NCBI GenBank assembly: GCA_963758835.1
Contig: CAVWWZ010000015.1
Span: 128,249-192,248 of the forward strand
Direction: 5' to 3'
Length of the DNA: 64,000 nt
Source of the DNA: an uncultured Acidobacteriaceae bacterium
GTDB lineage: Bacteria > Acidobacteriota > Terriglobia > Terriglobales > Acidobacteriaceae
Every line of letters starts with the position of its first letter. Position 1 is the stretch's first letter. Of the stretch, positions 50,892 through 59,775 are shown in pieces. The position numbers were made by a program, and so were the translations under genes. Below the pieces are notes generated by a model. The model made no database searches. It had not been told where the DNA came from and worked only from the letters and a program-made list of their open reading frames with translations.

Positions 50892-52979
50892 GTGCTAGAA
50901 TCTCGCTTCTTTGGCGCGAGAACCGTGACGAAACCGAAACCCCAGACGAAGAAAGCCCAAACCGATGCTCTCTGGATCGCCGTCGATTCCGGCGGCACCT
51001 TCACCGACTGCGTGTGGCGCGACGGCAACCAGCTTCGCATCCTGAAGGTCTTCTCCACTGCGGGCGACCGCTCACAAGCTATCGCCGAAGCGGTCGCGAA
51101 GACCGGCCACCAGGGACCCATCGTTCTGCTGCATGGAACCACTGTGGGCACGAATGCGCTGCTGGAACGCAAAGGCGCTCGCGTGGCATTCGTCACCACC
51201 GCCGGCTTCGAAGACACCATCGAGATCGGCCGCCAAAACCGTCCCAAACTCTACGATCTTCTATTCGAACGTATCCCGCCGCTGGTGGACCGCAACATGC
51301 GTTTCGGCGTCAACGAGCGGGTCAGTCACACGGGTGCGATTCTGCAGCCGCCCGACCGCGGTGAACTGGCGCGACTGGCAGTGGACGTCCACCTCAGCGG
51401 AGCCGAAGCCATCGCCATATCGACGCTGTTCTCGTTTGCCAATGCGGCCAATGAGCAAGCCATCGCGGAGGTGCTTGAGGAATTGGCGCTACCCCTCTCG
51501 GTGTCACACGAGATCTTGCCCGAGTTCCGCGAGTACGAGCGCGCCAGCACCATCGTAATCAATGCCTATTTGCAGCCGCTAATGCAACGGTATCTGCACA
51601 GTCTCCAGACGCGCATATCCGAGGGCACCTCAAAGCGGTCGCGCATCTTCATCATGCAGTCGAGCGGAGGCACCACAGCGCTCGAATCCGCCGTTCACCA
51701 GCCGGTTCGTACTGTGCTCTCCGGTCCGGCAGGCGGAATTGTTGGTGCAACCGTGACGGCGCGGCGCAGCGGCTTCCCCGACATCATTACTTTCGACATG
51801 GGAGGCACATCGACTGACGTCGCCCTGGTGCGCGGCGAAGCCAGGCCAACCAATGAAGCCGAAGTGGCAGGATTCCCGGTGCGCGTTCCCGTCCTCGATA
51901 TTCACACCGTGGGAGCGGGCGGCGGTTCCCTCGCGCGCTTTGACGCCGGTGGCGCGCTGCGTGTCGGACCTGAATCCGCAGGCGCCGATCCCGGCCCCAT
52001 CTGCTATGGACGTGGTACGCGTCCCACAGTGACGGATGCCAACCTTCTGCTGGGACGTCTGCCGGCTGACCGGTTCCTTGGCGGCGAGTTCGCCCTGGAT
52101 ACCGAGCGCACCCGGCGGCTCACAGAAGAATGGCTGGCGGCGCAAGGCTCACCGTTGAACCTGCGGCGTTTTGCGGAAGGCGTGATCCGAGTTGTGAACG
52201 CAAATATGGAACACGCCCTGCGAGTGGTCTCGATCGAACGTGGGTACGATCCTCGCGACTTTGCGCTCATCGCCTTTGGTGGAGCGGGGGGTCTGCACGC
52301 CTGCGAATTGGCAGCGGGCTTGGGAATTCACACCGTAATCGTGCCGGCTTTGCCGGGCGCGCTTTCTGCCTATGGCATTCTCAACAGCGACATCATCAAG
52401 GACTATTCGCGGACCGTAGTGTGGAAGATCGAAACCAAGCTACCCGAGCGCAAGCTCCAAGCAGAACTGGCGGGAATGGAACGAAAGGCCGCGGCAGAGT
52501 TCCGCCACGAAGGCTGGAAGGGCAAGTTGCAATTCGAGGCGACTGCCGATCTTCGCTACGCGGGGCAAGGGTTTGAGTTGACCCTCCCCCTGAGCGCTGG
52601 TCTGGTGAAGAAGTTCCACGCCGAGCATAAACGCCGTTATGGGTACAGCCATGTCGACCGCAGGGTCGAGATCGTTACCGTTCGCCTGCGTGCGCGAATG
52701 AAGTCACCGCTGGGCAGCGTCAACCGTGACAAACTCGCGAAGTCCGGCACTGTCGCCCAGCCTGAAAGACGCTCTGTCGTCTTCGGCTTGCGCGAATTTC
52801 CCACCGCTATACTCGAACGACAATCGCTAAAACCCGGAGTGCGGTCGCGTGGGCCGGCCGTCGTGACTGAGTACAGCGCCACTACGATTGTTCCGCCGGG
52901 AGCCAGCTTCCACATCGACCGGGCCGCCAATCTGGTGATTGAGCTACCACACGGACGCAAAACAAAGGGCGCCAGTTAG
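50892..52979 (+). CDS. Hydantoinase/oxoprolinase family protein (HyuA-like A subunit)
   Basis: The ORF is intact at 695 aa. It contains IAVDSGGTFTDCV, HGTTVGTNALLERKGA, TFDMGGTSTDVAL, HTVGAGGGS and AFGGAGGLHA. The start is uncertain. Confidence 0.85.
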   Translation: MLESRFFGARTVTKPKPQTKKAQTDALWIAVDSGGTFTDCVWRDGNQLRILKVFSTAGDRSQAIAEAVAKTGHQGPIVLLHGTTVGTNALLERKGARVAFVTTAGFEDTIEIGRQNRPKLYDLLFERIPPLVDRNMRFGVNERVSHTGAILQPPDRGELARLAVDVHLSGAEAIAISTLFSFANAANEQAIAEVLEELALPLSVSHEILPEFREYERASTIVINAYLQPLMQRYLHSLQTRISEGTSKRSRIFIMQSSGGTTALESAVHQPVRTVLSGPAGGIVGATVTARRSGFPDIITFDMGGTSTDVALVRGEARPTNEAEVAGFPVRVPVLDIHTVGAGGGSLARFDAGGALRVGPESAGADPGPICYGRGTRPTVTDANLLLGRLPADRFLGGEFALDTERTRRLTEEWLAAQGSPLNLRRFAEGVIRVVNANMEHALRVVSIERGYDPRDFALIAFGGAGGLHACELAAGLGIHTVIVPALPGALSAYGILNSDIIKDYSRTVVWKIETKLPERKLQAELAGMERKAAAEFRHEGWKGKLQFEATADLRYAGQGFELTLPLSAGLVKKFHAEHKRRYGYSHVDRRVEIVTVRLRARMKSPLGSVNRDKLAKSGTVAQPERRSVVFGLREFPTAILERQSLKPGVRSRGPAVVTEYSATTIVPPGASFHIDRAANLVIELPHGRKTKGAS

Positions 52980-52985
52980 GCGCCC
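52959..52985 (-). terminator. Terminator-like hairpin downstream of csbD, overlapping the hydantoinase stop
   Basis: GGGCGCC-agtta-GGCGCCC lies at 52967-52985. On the minus strand it is followed by TTTGTTTT. Confidence 0.5.
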
Positions 52986-53009
52986 TTAGAACAAAAGGTA
53001 CGAGCGAGA

Positions 53010-53258
53010 TCAGGCCACGTCGCGGTCTTTGCGATCCTGTTCAAGCTTGTCATCGGTCTTATCGACGTGACGTTTGGCGTCGTCAGCAACATCGCGGACG
53101 GCGTCCTTGGTTTTCCCCCAGGCATTCTCGACTTTGCCCTTTACCTGCTGAGCTGCGCCTTCCGCCTGAGTCTCCGTGTCACCGGTCCATTCGCCAACCT
53201 GGCGTTTTACGCGGCCGGCAATGTCGTCAGCTTTACCTTTGATACGATCGCTATCCAT
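53010..53258 (-). CDS. CsbD family stress-response protein
   Basis: The protein reads MDSDRIKGKADDIAGRVKRQVGEWTGDTETQAEGAAQQVKGKVENAWGKTKDAV. Confidence 0.85.
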   Translation of the reverse strand: MDSDRIKGKADDIAGRVKRQVGEWTGDTETQAEGAAQQVKGKVENAWGKTKDAVRDVADDAKRHVDKTDDKLEQDRKDRDVA

Positions 53259-53339
53259 GGTTAACCTCCCATTGTCGTTCGGGTTGCGACAGCTTCGGCG
53301 TGCCGATTTCTAAGACTCCGAGGCCAACGCAACCCTTGG

Positions 53340-53492
53340 TTAAACGGCTGTCCTTCGGCCCGAAATGAGCTGGAATACCAGCGCAATCACAGCCAGCACC
53401 AGCAGGATGTGAATGAATCCTCCCAGCGTATAGCTACTTACAACGCCAAGAAGCCACAGCACCAGAAGAACTACGAAGAGTGTCCAAAGCAT
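53340..53492 (-). CDS. Small membrane protein (50 aa), lmo0937-family-like; below the ORF-track cutoff
   Basis: Manual translation gives MLWTLFVVLLVLWLLGVVSSYTLGGFIHILLVLAVIALVFQLISGRRTAV*, which predicts two TM helices. Confidence 0.6.
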   Translation of the reverse strand: MLWTLFVVLLVLWLLGVVSSYTLGGFIHILLVLAVIALVFQLISGRRTAV

Positions 53493-53663
53493 GTGTCTCA
53501 CCCCTAAAAACTTGTTTTGCGCTTACTGCGGCCAACACTAACTTGGAAGGTGAATCCCTAGTGGATGGTTGGATAGCAATAAAATTCTTTCGCTGAACGA
53601 TGTTTCTAATTAGGCAACCCCGCGGCAACTTTTCGAGACGCCCTTTGCTATGCTCGTCGATAG

Positions 53664-54506
53664 ATGAAAGTCGCAATCCAGGGAGAGTTGGGCTCATTCA
53701 GCCACGAAGCAGCAACGCAGTTCGCGCCCAGCGCCGTGATCGTGCCTTGTGTGCGTTGCGCAGACGTTTTTGACGCGATGGAGGCTGGCTCGGTGCAAGC
53801 GGCTGCCATCGCCATCGAGAATTCGCTGGCCGGATCGGTAGCGGAGAATTACGACTTGCTTCTGAAACGCCACGCGTTCATCCATCGCGAGCTGCTGCTT
53901 CGCATCCGGCACAACCTCATCGCCCTGCCAGGAACGAAGCTTGCCGAAGTGCGAAGGGTCTTCTCACACCCGGTCGCGTTGGAACAGTGTCGCAAACTCT
54001 TTCGCTCGCATTGCGCGATGCGAGCCATTCCCTTCTACGACACGGCGGGCAGCGTACGGCATGTGGTGTCGGAACGACTTGATGATGCTGCGGCCATCGC
54101 ACCCAAACGGGCGGCAGCCCAGTATGGTGGAAAGATACTGCTGGCCGATATCGAAGACGACCGCCAGAACTTCACCCGCTTCCTGCTCATCGGCAAACGC
54201 GCGAAGAAACTGCGTGGGGCCAACAAGACTTCGCTCGCTTTTGCACTCAAGAATGTGCCCGGCGCGCTGTTCAAGGCGCTCAGCGTGTTTGCGCTGCGCG
54301 ATATCAGCCTGTCGAAGATCGAGTCGCGGCCCATTGTCGGGCGGCCGTGGGAGTACGTCTTCTTCGCCGATATTAATCGCGGCCACGATGAAGCGGCACA
54401 GAACGCGGTCCACCATCTTGAGGAGATCGCCGAATTCGTTAAGGTGCTGGGAATTTACCCGGCTGCAGTCCAGCCGAATCCAGGTAAGTCAGGGAAGGGT
54501 AGATAA
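53664..54506 (+). CDS. pheA: Prephenate dehydratase
   Basis: The protein reads MKVAIQGELGSFSHEAA...AIENSLAGSV...VFSHPVALEQC...NFTRFLLIG...NVPGALFKALSVFALRDISLSKIESRP (PDT plus ACT domains). Confidence 0.9.
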   Translation: MKVAIQGELGSFSHEAATQFAPSAVIVPCVRCADVFDAMEAGSVQAAAIAIENSLAGSVAENYDLLLKRHAFIHRELLLRIRHNLIALPGTKLAEVRRVFSHPVALEQCRKLFRSHCAMRAIPFYDTAGSVRHVVSERLDDAAAIAPKRAAAQYGGKILLADIEDDRQNFTRFLLIGKRAKKLRGANKTSLAFALKNVPGALFKALSVFALRDISLSKIESRPIVGRPWEYVFFADINRGHDEAAQNAVHHLEEIAEFVKVLGIYPAAVQPNPGKSGKGR

Positions 54507-54510
54507 GCCT

Positions 54511-54545
54511 GGCGTGGCCTCCTCCGCAGAAGCCACGCCTTTCTT
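54511..54545 (+). terminator. Terminator-like hairpin after pheA
   Basis: GGCGTGGC and GCCACGCC form the stem around a 13-nt loop, followed by TTTCTT. Confidence 0.55.
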
Positions 54546-54550
54546 AGATC

Positions 54551-55171
54551 TCAGCGCATGGTTGATGCCGGTTTTCTGTATTCGTGGTGCTCGTACTGCC
54601 GCTGCCGCTTCTCAAAAGCGTAGGGATGCTGCTTCCAATCGTGACGCACCTCAGGATGGTTCTGCAGATAGCTCTGCAGGCTGGGGTGGTTCGCCACGTA
54701 GTTGGGATTGTCGATCAGCCGCGGATCGCGCTGTAGCTGGCGCGCGACCTCCGGATGGCGATCGAGATAGTTATCGGCATTGGCCGCCTCGCGACGCGAG
54801 ATATCACCACCATTGCGCTCGAAGCGCTCCTCACGATTTACGAACTGCCTTGGGTTCTCGCGGATCTCTTCGTTCACGCCCGGGTGGTTGTTGAGGAACT
54901 GCTGGGTTGAAGGGTGTTGCGCCAGCCAGTTCGGATTGTCGATCAGGCTGGGATTGTTGCGCAGTTCGCGCGCTACCTCCGGATGATCGTCCAGGTAGCG
55001 GTCGAAATTGTTCAGCTCCGTCCGGTTGATGTCGTTATCCCAGGTTGTCGAACTGGGCCAGGGCGCTGCAGTGGATGACTGCGCGGCGGCGGAAGTTATC
55101 ACTCCCGCCAGGAACAGTAGCGCTATTAGCATTGAGCGCCTCGGATATCTGCTTCGGGGTTGCGGTGTCAT
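54551..55171 (-). CDS. Secreted protein with a tandem internal duplication (HPEVAR...LIDNPN...NHP repeats); function unknown
   Basis: The signal peptide is MLIALLFLAGVITSAAAQS. Two ~65-aa units are present: YLDDHPEVARELRNNPSLIDNPNWLAQHPSTQQFLNNHPGV and YLDRHPEVARQLQRDPRLIDNPNYVANHPSLQSYLQNHPEV. Confidence 0.6.
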   Translation of the reverse strand: MTPQPRSRYPRRSMLIALLFLAGVITSAAAQSSTAAPWPSSTTWDNDINRTELNNFDRYLDDHPEVARELRNNPSLIDNPNWLAQHPSTQQFLNNHPGVNEEIRENPRQFVNREERFERNGGDISRREAANADNYLDRHPEVARQLQRDPRLIDNPNYVANHPSLQSYLQNHPEVRHDWKQHPYAFEKRQRQYEHHEYRKPASTMR

Positions 55172-55374
55172 GATTCGTTGTCTCCTTCAGTTTCCAGTTC
55201 GCCGCGCGCGTGGCTAACTTTGTCGTTCGCGAAAAAGAACACAGCGTCCGCATACGAGTTGCGACCGACTGGCCGGGAATATTTGTTGCGACAGAGCGCA
55301 ACTTTTAGCGCGAGTGTGTGGATTAGTGGCTGGGTCTGCCCTCGACAACCCCATCAGGTTGATAGACTTTCAGG

Positions 55375-55689
55375 ATGTCGACCGAGAATCGGATGGTGAG
55401 AGTTGAACTTCCCGCGCACTTGCGAACCTTGGCCAATACCGGCCAGGAAATAACCCTCGAGGTAGCTGCGCCGGTTACGATCCGCTCAGTGCTCGATGCA
55501 CTGGAGCAGCGCTATCCCATGCTGTGCGGCACGATTCGCGATCATGTCACCAAACAGCGTCGGGCGTTCCTGAGATTCTTCGCCTGCGAAGAAGACCTCT
55601 CGCACGAATCGGTTGACGCACCCCTGCCGGATGCGGTCGCCTCCGGCCGGGAGCCGCTGCTGATTATCGGCGCGATCGCGGGAGGGTAG
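55375..55689 (+). CDS. MoaD/ThiS-family ubiquitin-like small protein ending in Gly-Gly
   Basis: The protein is 104 aa. It reads [13 protein letters not shown]...[21 protein letters not shown]...[11 protein letters not shown] and ends ...IIGAIAGG*. Confidence 0.6.
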   Translation: MSTENRMVRVELPAHLRTLANTGQEITLEVAAPVTIRSVLDALEQRYPMLCGTIRDHVTKQRRAFLRFFACEEDLSHESVDAPLPDAVASGREPLLIIGAIAGG

Positions 55690-55707
55690 GGGCTACCCTA
55701 CTACCGC

Positions 55708-58224
55708 CTAGGATTGCCCGGCTTCGAGCCGCGCGTTGGCAATCACCGCCTGGCCCAGCGCAATTCCGCCGTCGTTGGGAGGAACTTTCGCGTGAAGGAA
55801 GACCTCGAATCCGTTCTCTCGCAGTCCTCGCACCGCACGCTGTAAAAGAAGGACGTTCTGGAAGGTTCCCCCACTGAGGCAGACGCGATTCAGGGCGCCG
55901 TTCTTTCGAATCCTGCCACACACGTCGACGATGGCTGCGGACAGCGTGTTATGCAATGCGGCGGCAATCTCGCCTACCGGCGTGGCTCTCGCCAGGTCGC
56001 GCACGATGGCCTCAATCATTGGTCTCATATCGAGTTGCGCAGGACTACCGTCGGCAATTGCATATGGATAGACGCGCTCCACGCTCGCGTCGGCAATCAT
56101 CTCCAACTCAATCGCCGCCTGCCCTTCGAAGGTGACTTCGTGGCGCAGTCCCACAATGGAAGATACTGCGTCGAAGAGCCGCCCGCACGATGATGTATCG
56201 ATGCAGTTGAGGCGGCGTTGAAGCATGGTGTCGACAATGACACGTTTTTCTTGCGGGACTTCTCGAAGTAACGACAACTCTTCAATGCCTGCAGCGGGAA
56301 ACCCTATGCCGTCCCTGGGGGACTTGGGGGCGTTCTCTTCGCTACCCAGCACTCCGCCCAAAGGCAGAGCTCCGTGCTGGGCTACGATATGCCGCCCCAT
56401 GCGGGGCTGCGTTTCCGGCGGTCCAGCCGGCTTCGCCGACACGATCTCAGATACCTGAGACGCATACTCTGGCCCAAACGTATCCCTCAGGTAGCTCAAT
56501 GCCATGCGCCAAGGCTGGCGAACCGCGGCGTCTCCGCCGGGCAAAGGGACATAGCGCAGATGCGCACGCCGTTCGAAGCTCACGAAGTCGGCTACCAGAA
56601 ATTCCCCTCCCCAAATCTTGCCGTCGGTGCCGTAGCCAGTGCCGTCGAAGGCCACCCCGATGACCTTCCCGGATAGATGGTTCTCGGCCATGCAGCTGGC
56701 GATGTGCGCGTGATGATGCTGCACCCCGATCTTCGGCTCCAGCTCCAGCCGCTGCGCGAAACGTGTGCTCATGTACTGCGGGTGCAGATCGTACGCCACG
56801 GCGCGCGGCTCAACCCGAAACAGCTTCTTCAGGTTGGCGAGTGTCTCCTCGAAGAAGACGAGCGTCTCAAAGTTCTCCAGATCGCCAATGTGCTGGCTGA
56901 GAATCGCGTAGCGCCCCTTGGTCAGGCAGAACGTGTTTTTCAACTCGGCACCACAGGCCAGGACCTCTTGCAACTCGATTCCGAGATCTACGGGGTGAGG
57001 CACATAGCCGCGCGACCGGCGTAGCACCCGTTCGCGTCCTTCGAAAACGCGTACCACCGAATCGTCGGCGCGCATGTAGATGTCGCGATTGTGAAAGACC
57101 AACCAGTCGGCGACCCCTCGCAGCCGCTCCCAGGCTTCTTGGTTCGAGGTGACGATCGGCTCTTCGCTGATATTGCCGCTGGTCATCACCAGGGCGCGGA
57201 ATTGGGACGGCTCATCCGGCGAGTCGCTGAACAGCAGGTAGTGCAGCGGTGTGTAAGGCAGCATCACGCCGATGGTGTTGTTGCCGGGCGCGACATCAGC
57301 TGCGATCAACGAATTCTCGCGACGCTTGAGCACCACAATCGGCCGCTTCGGGCTTAGCAGTGACTCCCGCTCCCCCGGCGTGAGGCCACAGAAGCTCTCG
57401 ACTGAGGGAATGTCGCGCGCCATCAACGCGAACGGCTTGTCGCTGCGGCGTTTGCGGATGCGGAGCGTTCGCACTGCCTCATCGTTCTCGGCATCGCAAG
57501 CCAGTAGAAATCCTCCCAGGCCTTTTACCGCGACGATATTTCCTTCGCGCAACAACTGACGAGCTCGACCTATGATCGCGGCTGTGTTCGCCGGCTCGTA
57601 GTCCGCCGACTCCGGAAAAACACCGGCGGCCGCGACCAGCGCCAGCGCCGGCCCACATTCGGCGCAGGCATTGGGCTGGGCGTGAAAGCGGCGATTACGG
57701 GGATCGTCATATTCCGCCTGGCAAAGGGCGCACATGCGGAACTGCGCCATCGTGGTCGTCGGCCGATCGTAGGGAATGTCTTGAATGATGGTGTAGCGCG
57801 GACCGCAGTTTGTGCAGTTGGTGAAGGGATATCCGTATCGCCGGTTCGCCGTGTCGCCAAAGTCGCGCCAACAATCGCCGCACGTGGCCACATCAGGAGA
57901 AACCAGCACGAACTCGCCCGGCTCGGCTTCACTGTGGCGAATTACGAAGTCGGTTTCGCGAGCAGGCTCCAGGTCCGTGACCGAAAAATCCTCGATCTGT
58001 GCCAGCGGGGGTGGACTGTCGCGCAAGGTCTCCACAAACCGCGCCACCCCCGACTCGCTCCCTTCGATCTCGATGGTGACTCCGGCCGAGGAGTTCAGGA
58101 CGTATCCAGCGAGCCTCAGATCATGTGCCAGGTTATAGACGAAAGGACGAAAGCCGACGCCCTGCACGATCCCGCGTACGCGTATGCGCTTGCGGACGAG
58201 CCCGGGAGTGGAGGGTGCGCGCAT
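55708..58224 (-). CDS. hypF: Carbamoyltransferase HypF (838 aa, intact)
   Basis: The acylphosphatase domain reads IRVRGIVQGVGFRPFVYNLA. There are four CxxC zinc fingers (CGDCWRDF, CTNCGPRY, CALCQAEY, CAECGP), followed by YrdC-like and Kae1-like regions. Confidence 0.9.
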   Translation of the reverse strand: MRAPSTPGLVRKRIRVRGIVQGVGFRPFVYNLAHDLRLAGYVLNSSAGVTIEIEGSESGVARFVETLRDSPPPLAQIEDFSVTDLEPARETDFVIRHSEAEPGEFVLVSPDVATCGDCWRDFGDTANRRYGYPFTNCTNCGPRYTIIQDIPYDRPTTTMAQFRMCALCQAEYDDPRNRRFHAQPNACAECGPALALVAAAGVFPESADYEPANTAAIIGRARQLLREGNIVAVKGLGGFLLACDAENDEAVRTLRIRKRRSDKPFALMARDIPSVESFCGLTPGERESLLSPKRPIVVLKRRENSLIAADVAPGNNTIGVMLPYTPLHYLLFSDSPDEPSQFRALVMTSGNISEEPIVTSNQEAWERLRGVADWLVFHNRDIYMRADDSVVRVFEGRERVLRRSRGYVPHPVDLGIELQEVLACGAELKNTFCLTKGRYAILSQHIGDLENFETLVFFEETLANLKKLFRVEPRAVAYDLHPQYMSTRFAQRLELEPKIGVQHHHAHIASCMAENHLSGKVIGVAFDGTGYGTDGKIWGGEFLVADFVSFERRAHLRYVPLPGGDAAVRQPWRMALSYLRDTFGPEYASQVSEIVSAKPAGPPETQPRMGRHIVAQHGALPLGGVLGSEENAPKSPRDGIGFPAAGIEELSLLREVPQEKRVIVDTMLQRRLNCIDTSSCGRLFDAVSSIVGLRHEVTFEGQAAIELEMIADASVERVYPYAIADGSPAQLDMRPMIEAIVRDLARATPVGEIAAALHNTLSAAIVDVCGRIRKNGALNRVCLSGGTFQNVLLLQRAVRGLRENGFEVFLHAKVPPNDGGIALGQAVIANARLEAGQS

Positions 58225-58485
58225 CGGCTGTTCCGGGGCTGCCCTCGGAGCAGCTTTTATAGCATAAGCAGCTTCCTCGAAGCCTGATGCGGAAGGCGAA
58301 CGACAATCGGGAGCCTATGGCGCTTTAGTGGTATGAGAGAAATCCGAGTTCCTCACTACAATGACAGCCAAGCTTACTAGCAAAAACCCAGTAGCTATTT
58401 GCCCTTCTGTGAGTTAAAAGGGTTGTTCCTTTATTTTCAGTTCTTGAGCGAGTGTCGGCCACGGCCGGCGGGCGGGAGTACAGGT

Positions 58486-59773
58486 ATGTCTGTTTGTTAC
58501 AACATCGGCCAGAGGCGGCCAACAAATGCCGTTCCAACTTCTGAAGCGATTCCAGTCGGCGGTTTGTTAACACAGAGGTTAACAGGCCTGACGCTGTTTC
58601 TGGCTGGTGCCGCACTATTGCTTTTCTCGACAGCATGCGGGGAGAAGAAGGAAGCTCCCAAGCCCATGCCGCCGGAAGTGCTGGTTGCGGACGTTGTTCA
58701 GCAGGACGTGCCCATCTACCAACAGTGGGTGGCCACGCTGAACGGCCCGGTCAACGCCGACATCACGCCGAAGGTCCAGGGCTACCTGCTCAGGCAGAAT
58801 TATCAGAACGGCTACTTCGTGAAGAAGGGCCAGCTGCTGTTTGAACTCGATCCGCGGCCAGTATCAGGCCGCGCTTCGATCAGGCCAAGGCGGAGGTGGC
58901 ACGTGGCGCAAGCGAATCTTGATAAGTGCACCGCCGACGTGCACCGCGATACGCCGCTGGCGGCGCAGAACGCGATTCCGCAGAAGCAACTCGATACCGA
59001 CACTGCCAACCAGGCTGCCGCCAAGGCGCAGGTGGTGGCCAACAAGGCAGCGCTGGAGAACGCTGAATTGAATCTGGGCTGGACCAAGGTCTATTCGCCG
59101 ATCGACGGCATCGCCGGCGTATCCAATTCGCAGGTCGGCGACCTGGTGGGCACCACGACCAAGATGACCACGGTGTCGCAGGTGAATCCGATCTGGGCGT
59201 ACTTCAATATCAGCGAAAGCGACTATCCTGCGAATCGCGCCGAAGATCACGAAGGTCATCATGCGGCAAGTGCGCCAGTCGTCAGCAGCAGCGTAAAGGT
59301 CGAGTTCATCCAGGCCAACGACGAACCTTATCCCCTCAAGGGCAACATCATCTACGTGAATCGCCAGGTGCGGCACGCAGACCGGCACCATCCAGCTGGC
59401 GGCGCAGTTTCCCAATCCCGATGCGCTGCTTCGTCCCGGCGGCTTCGGACGGGTCCGCATTCAGACCAGGCAACAATCAAGAACGCGCTGCTGGTTCCGC
59501 AGGCAGCCGTGATCGAAGTGCAGTCGGATGTACCAGGTGCTCGTGCTCAACGCCCGAGAACAAGGCGGTGTTTCGTCCGGTCAAGGTGGGCGAGCGCGTC
59601 GGCACGAACTGGATCATCACCGAGGGACTGAAGCCGGGCGAGAAAGTAGTGGTCGAGGGCATTCTGAAGGTCCAGCAGTTGCCGCTGCTGCGATCCGGAG
59701 TTCGCCAAGAAGGCATTCCGGTCGTGGCCAAGCCGTACGTGCCGCCCGCCGCGGCGCCGCAGGGAGCAACTGA
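58486..59773 (+). CDS. RND efflux periplasmic adaptor (MexA/AcrA family), frameshifted
   Basis: The lipobox is LFLAGAALLLFSTACG. The protein reads VADVVQQDVPIYQQWVATLNG..NADITPKVQGYLLRQNYQNGYFVKKGQLLFELDPR, ...YSPIDGIAGVSNSQVGDLVG and KVGERVGTNWIITEGLKPGEKVVVEG across frames. The start is uncertain. Confidence 0.8.
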
Positions 59774-59775
59774 CC

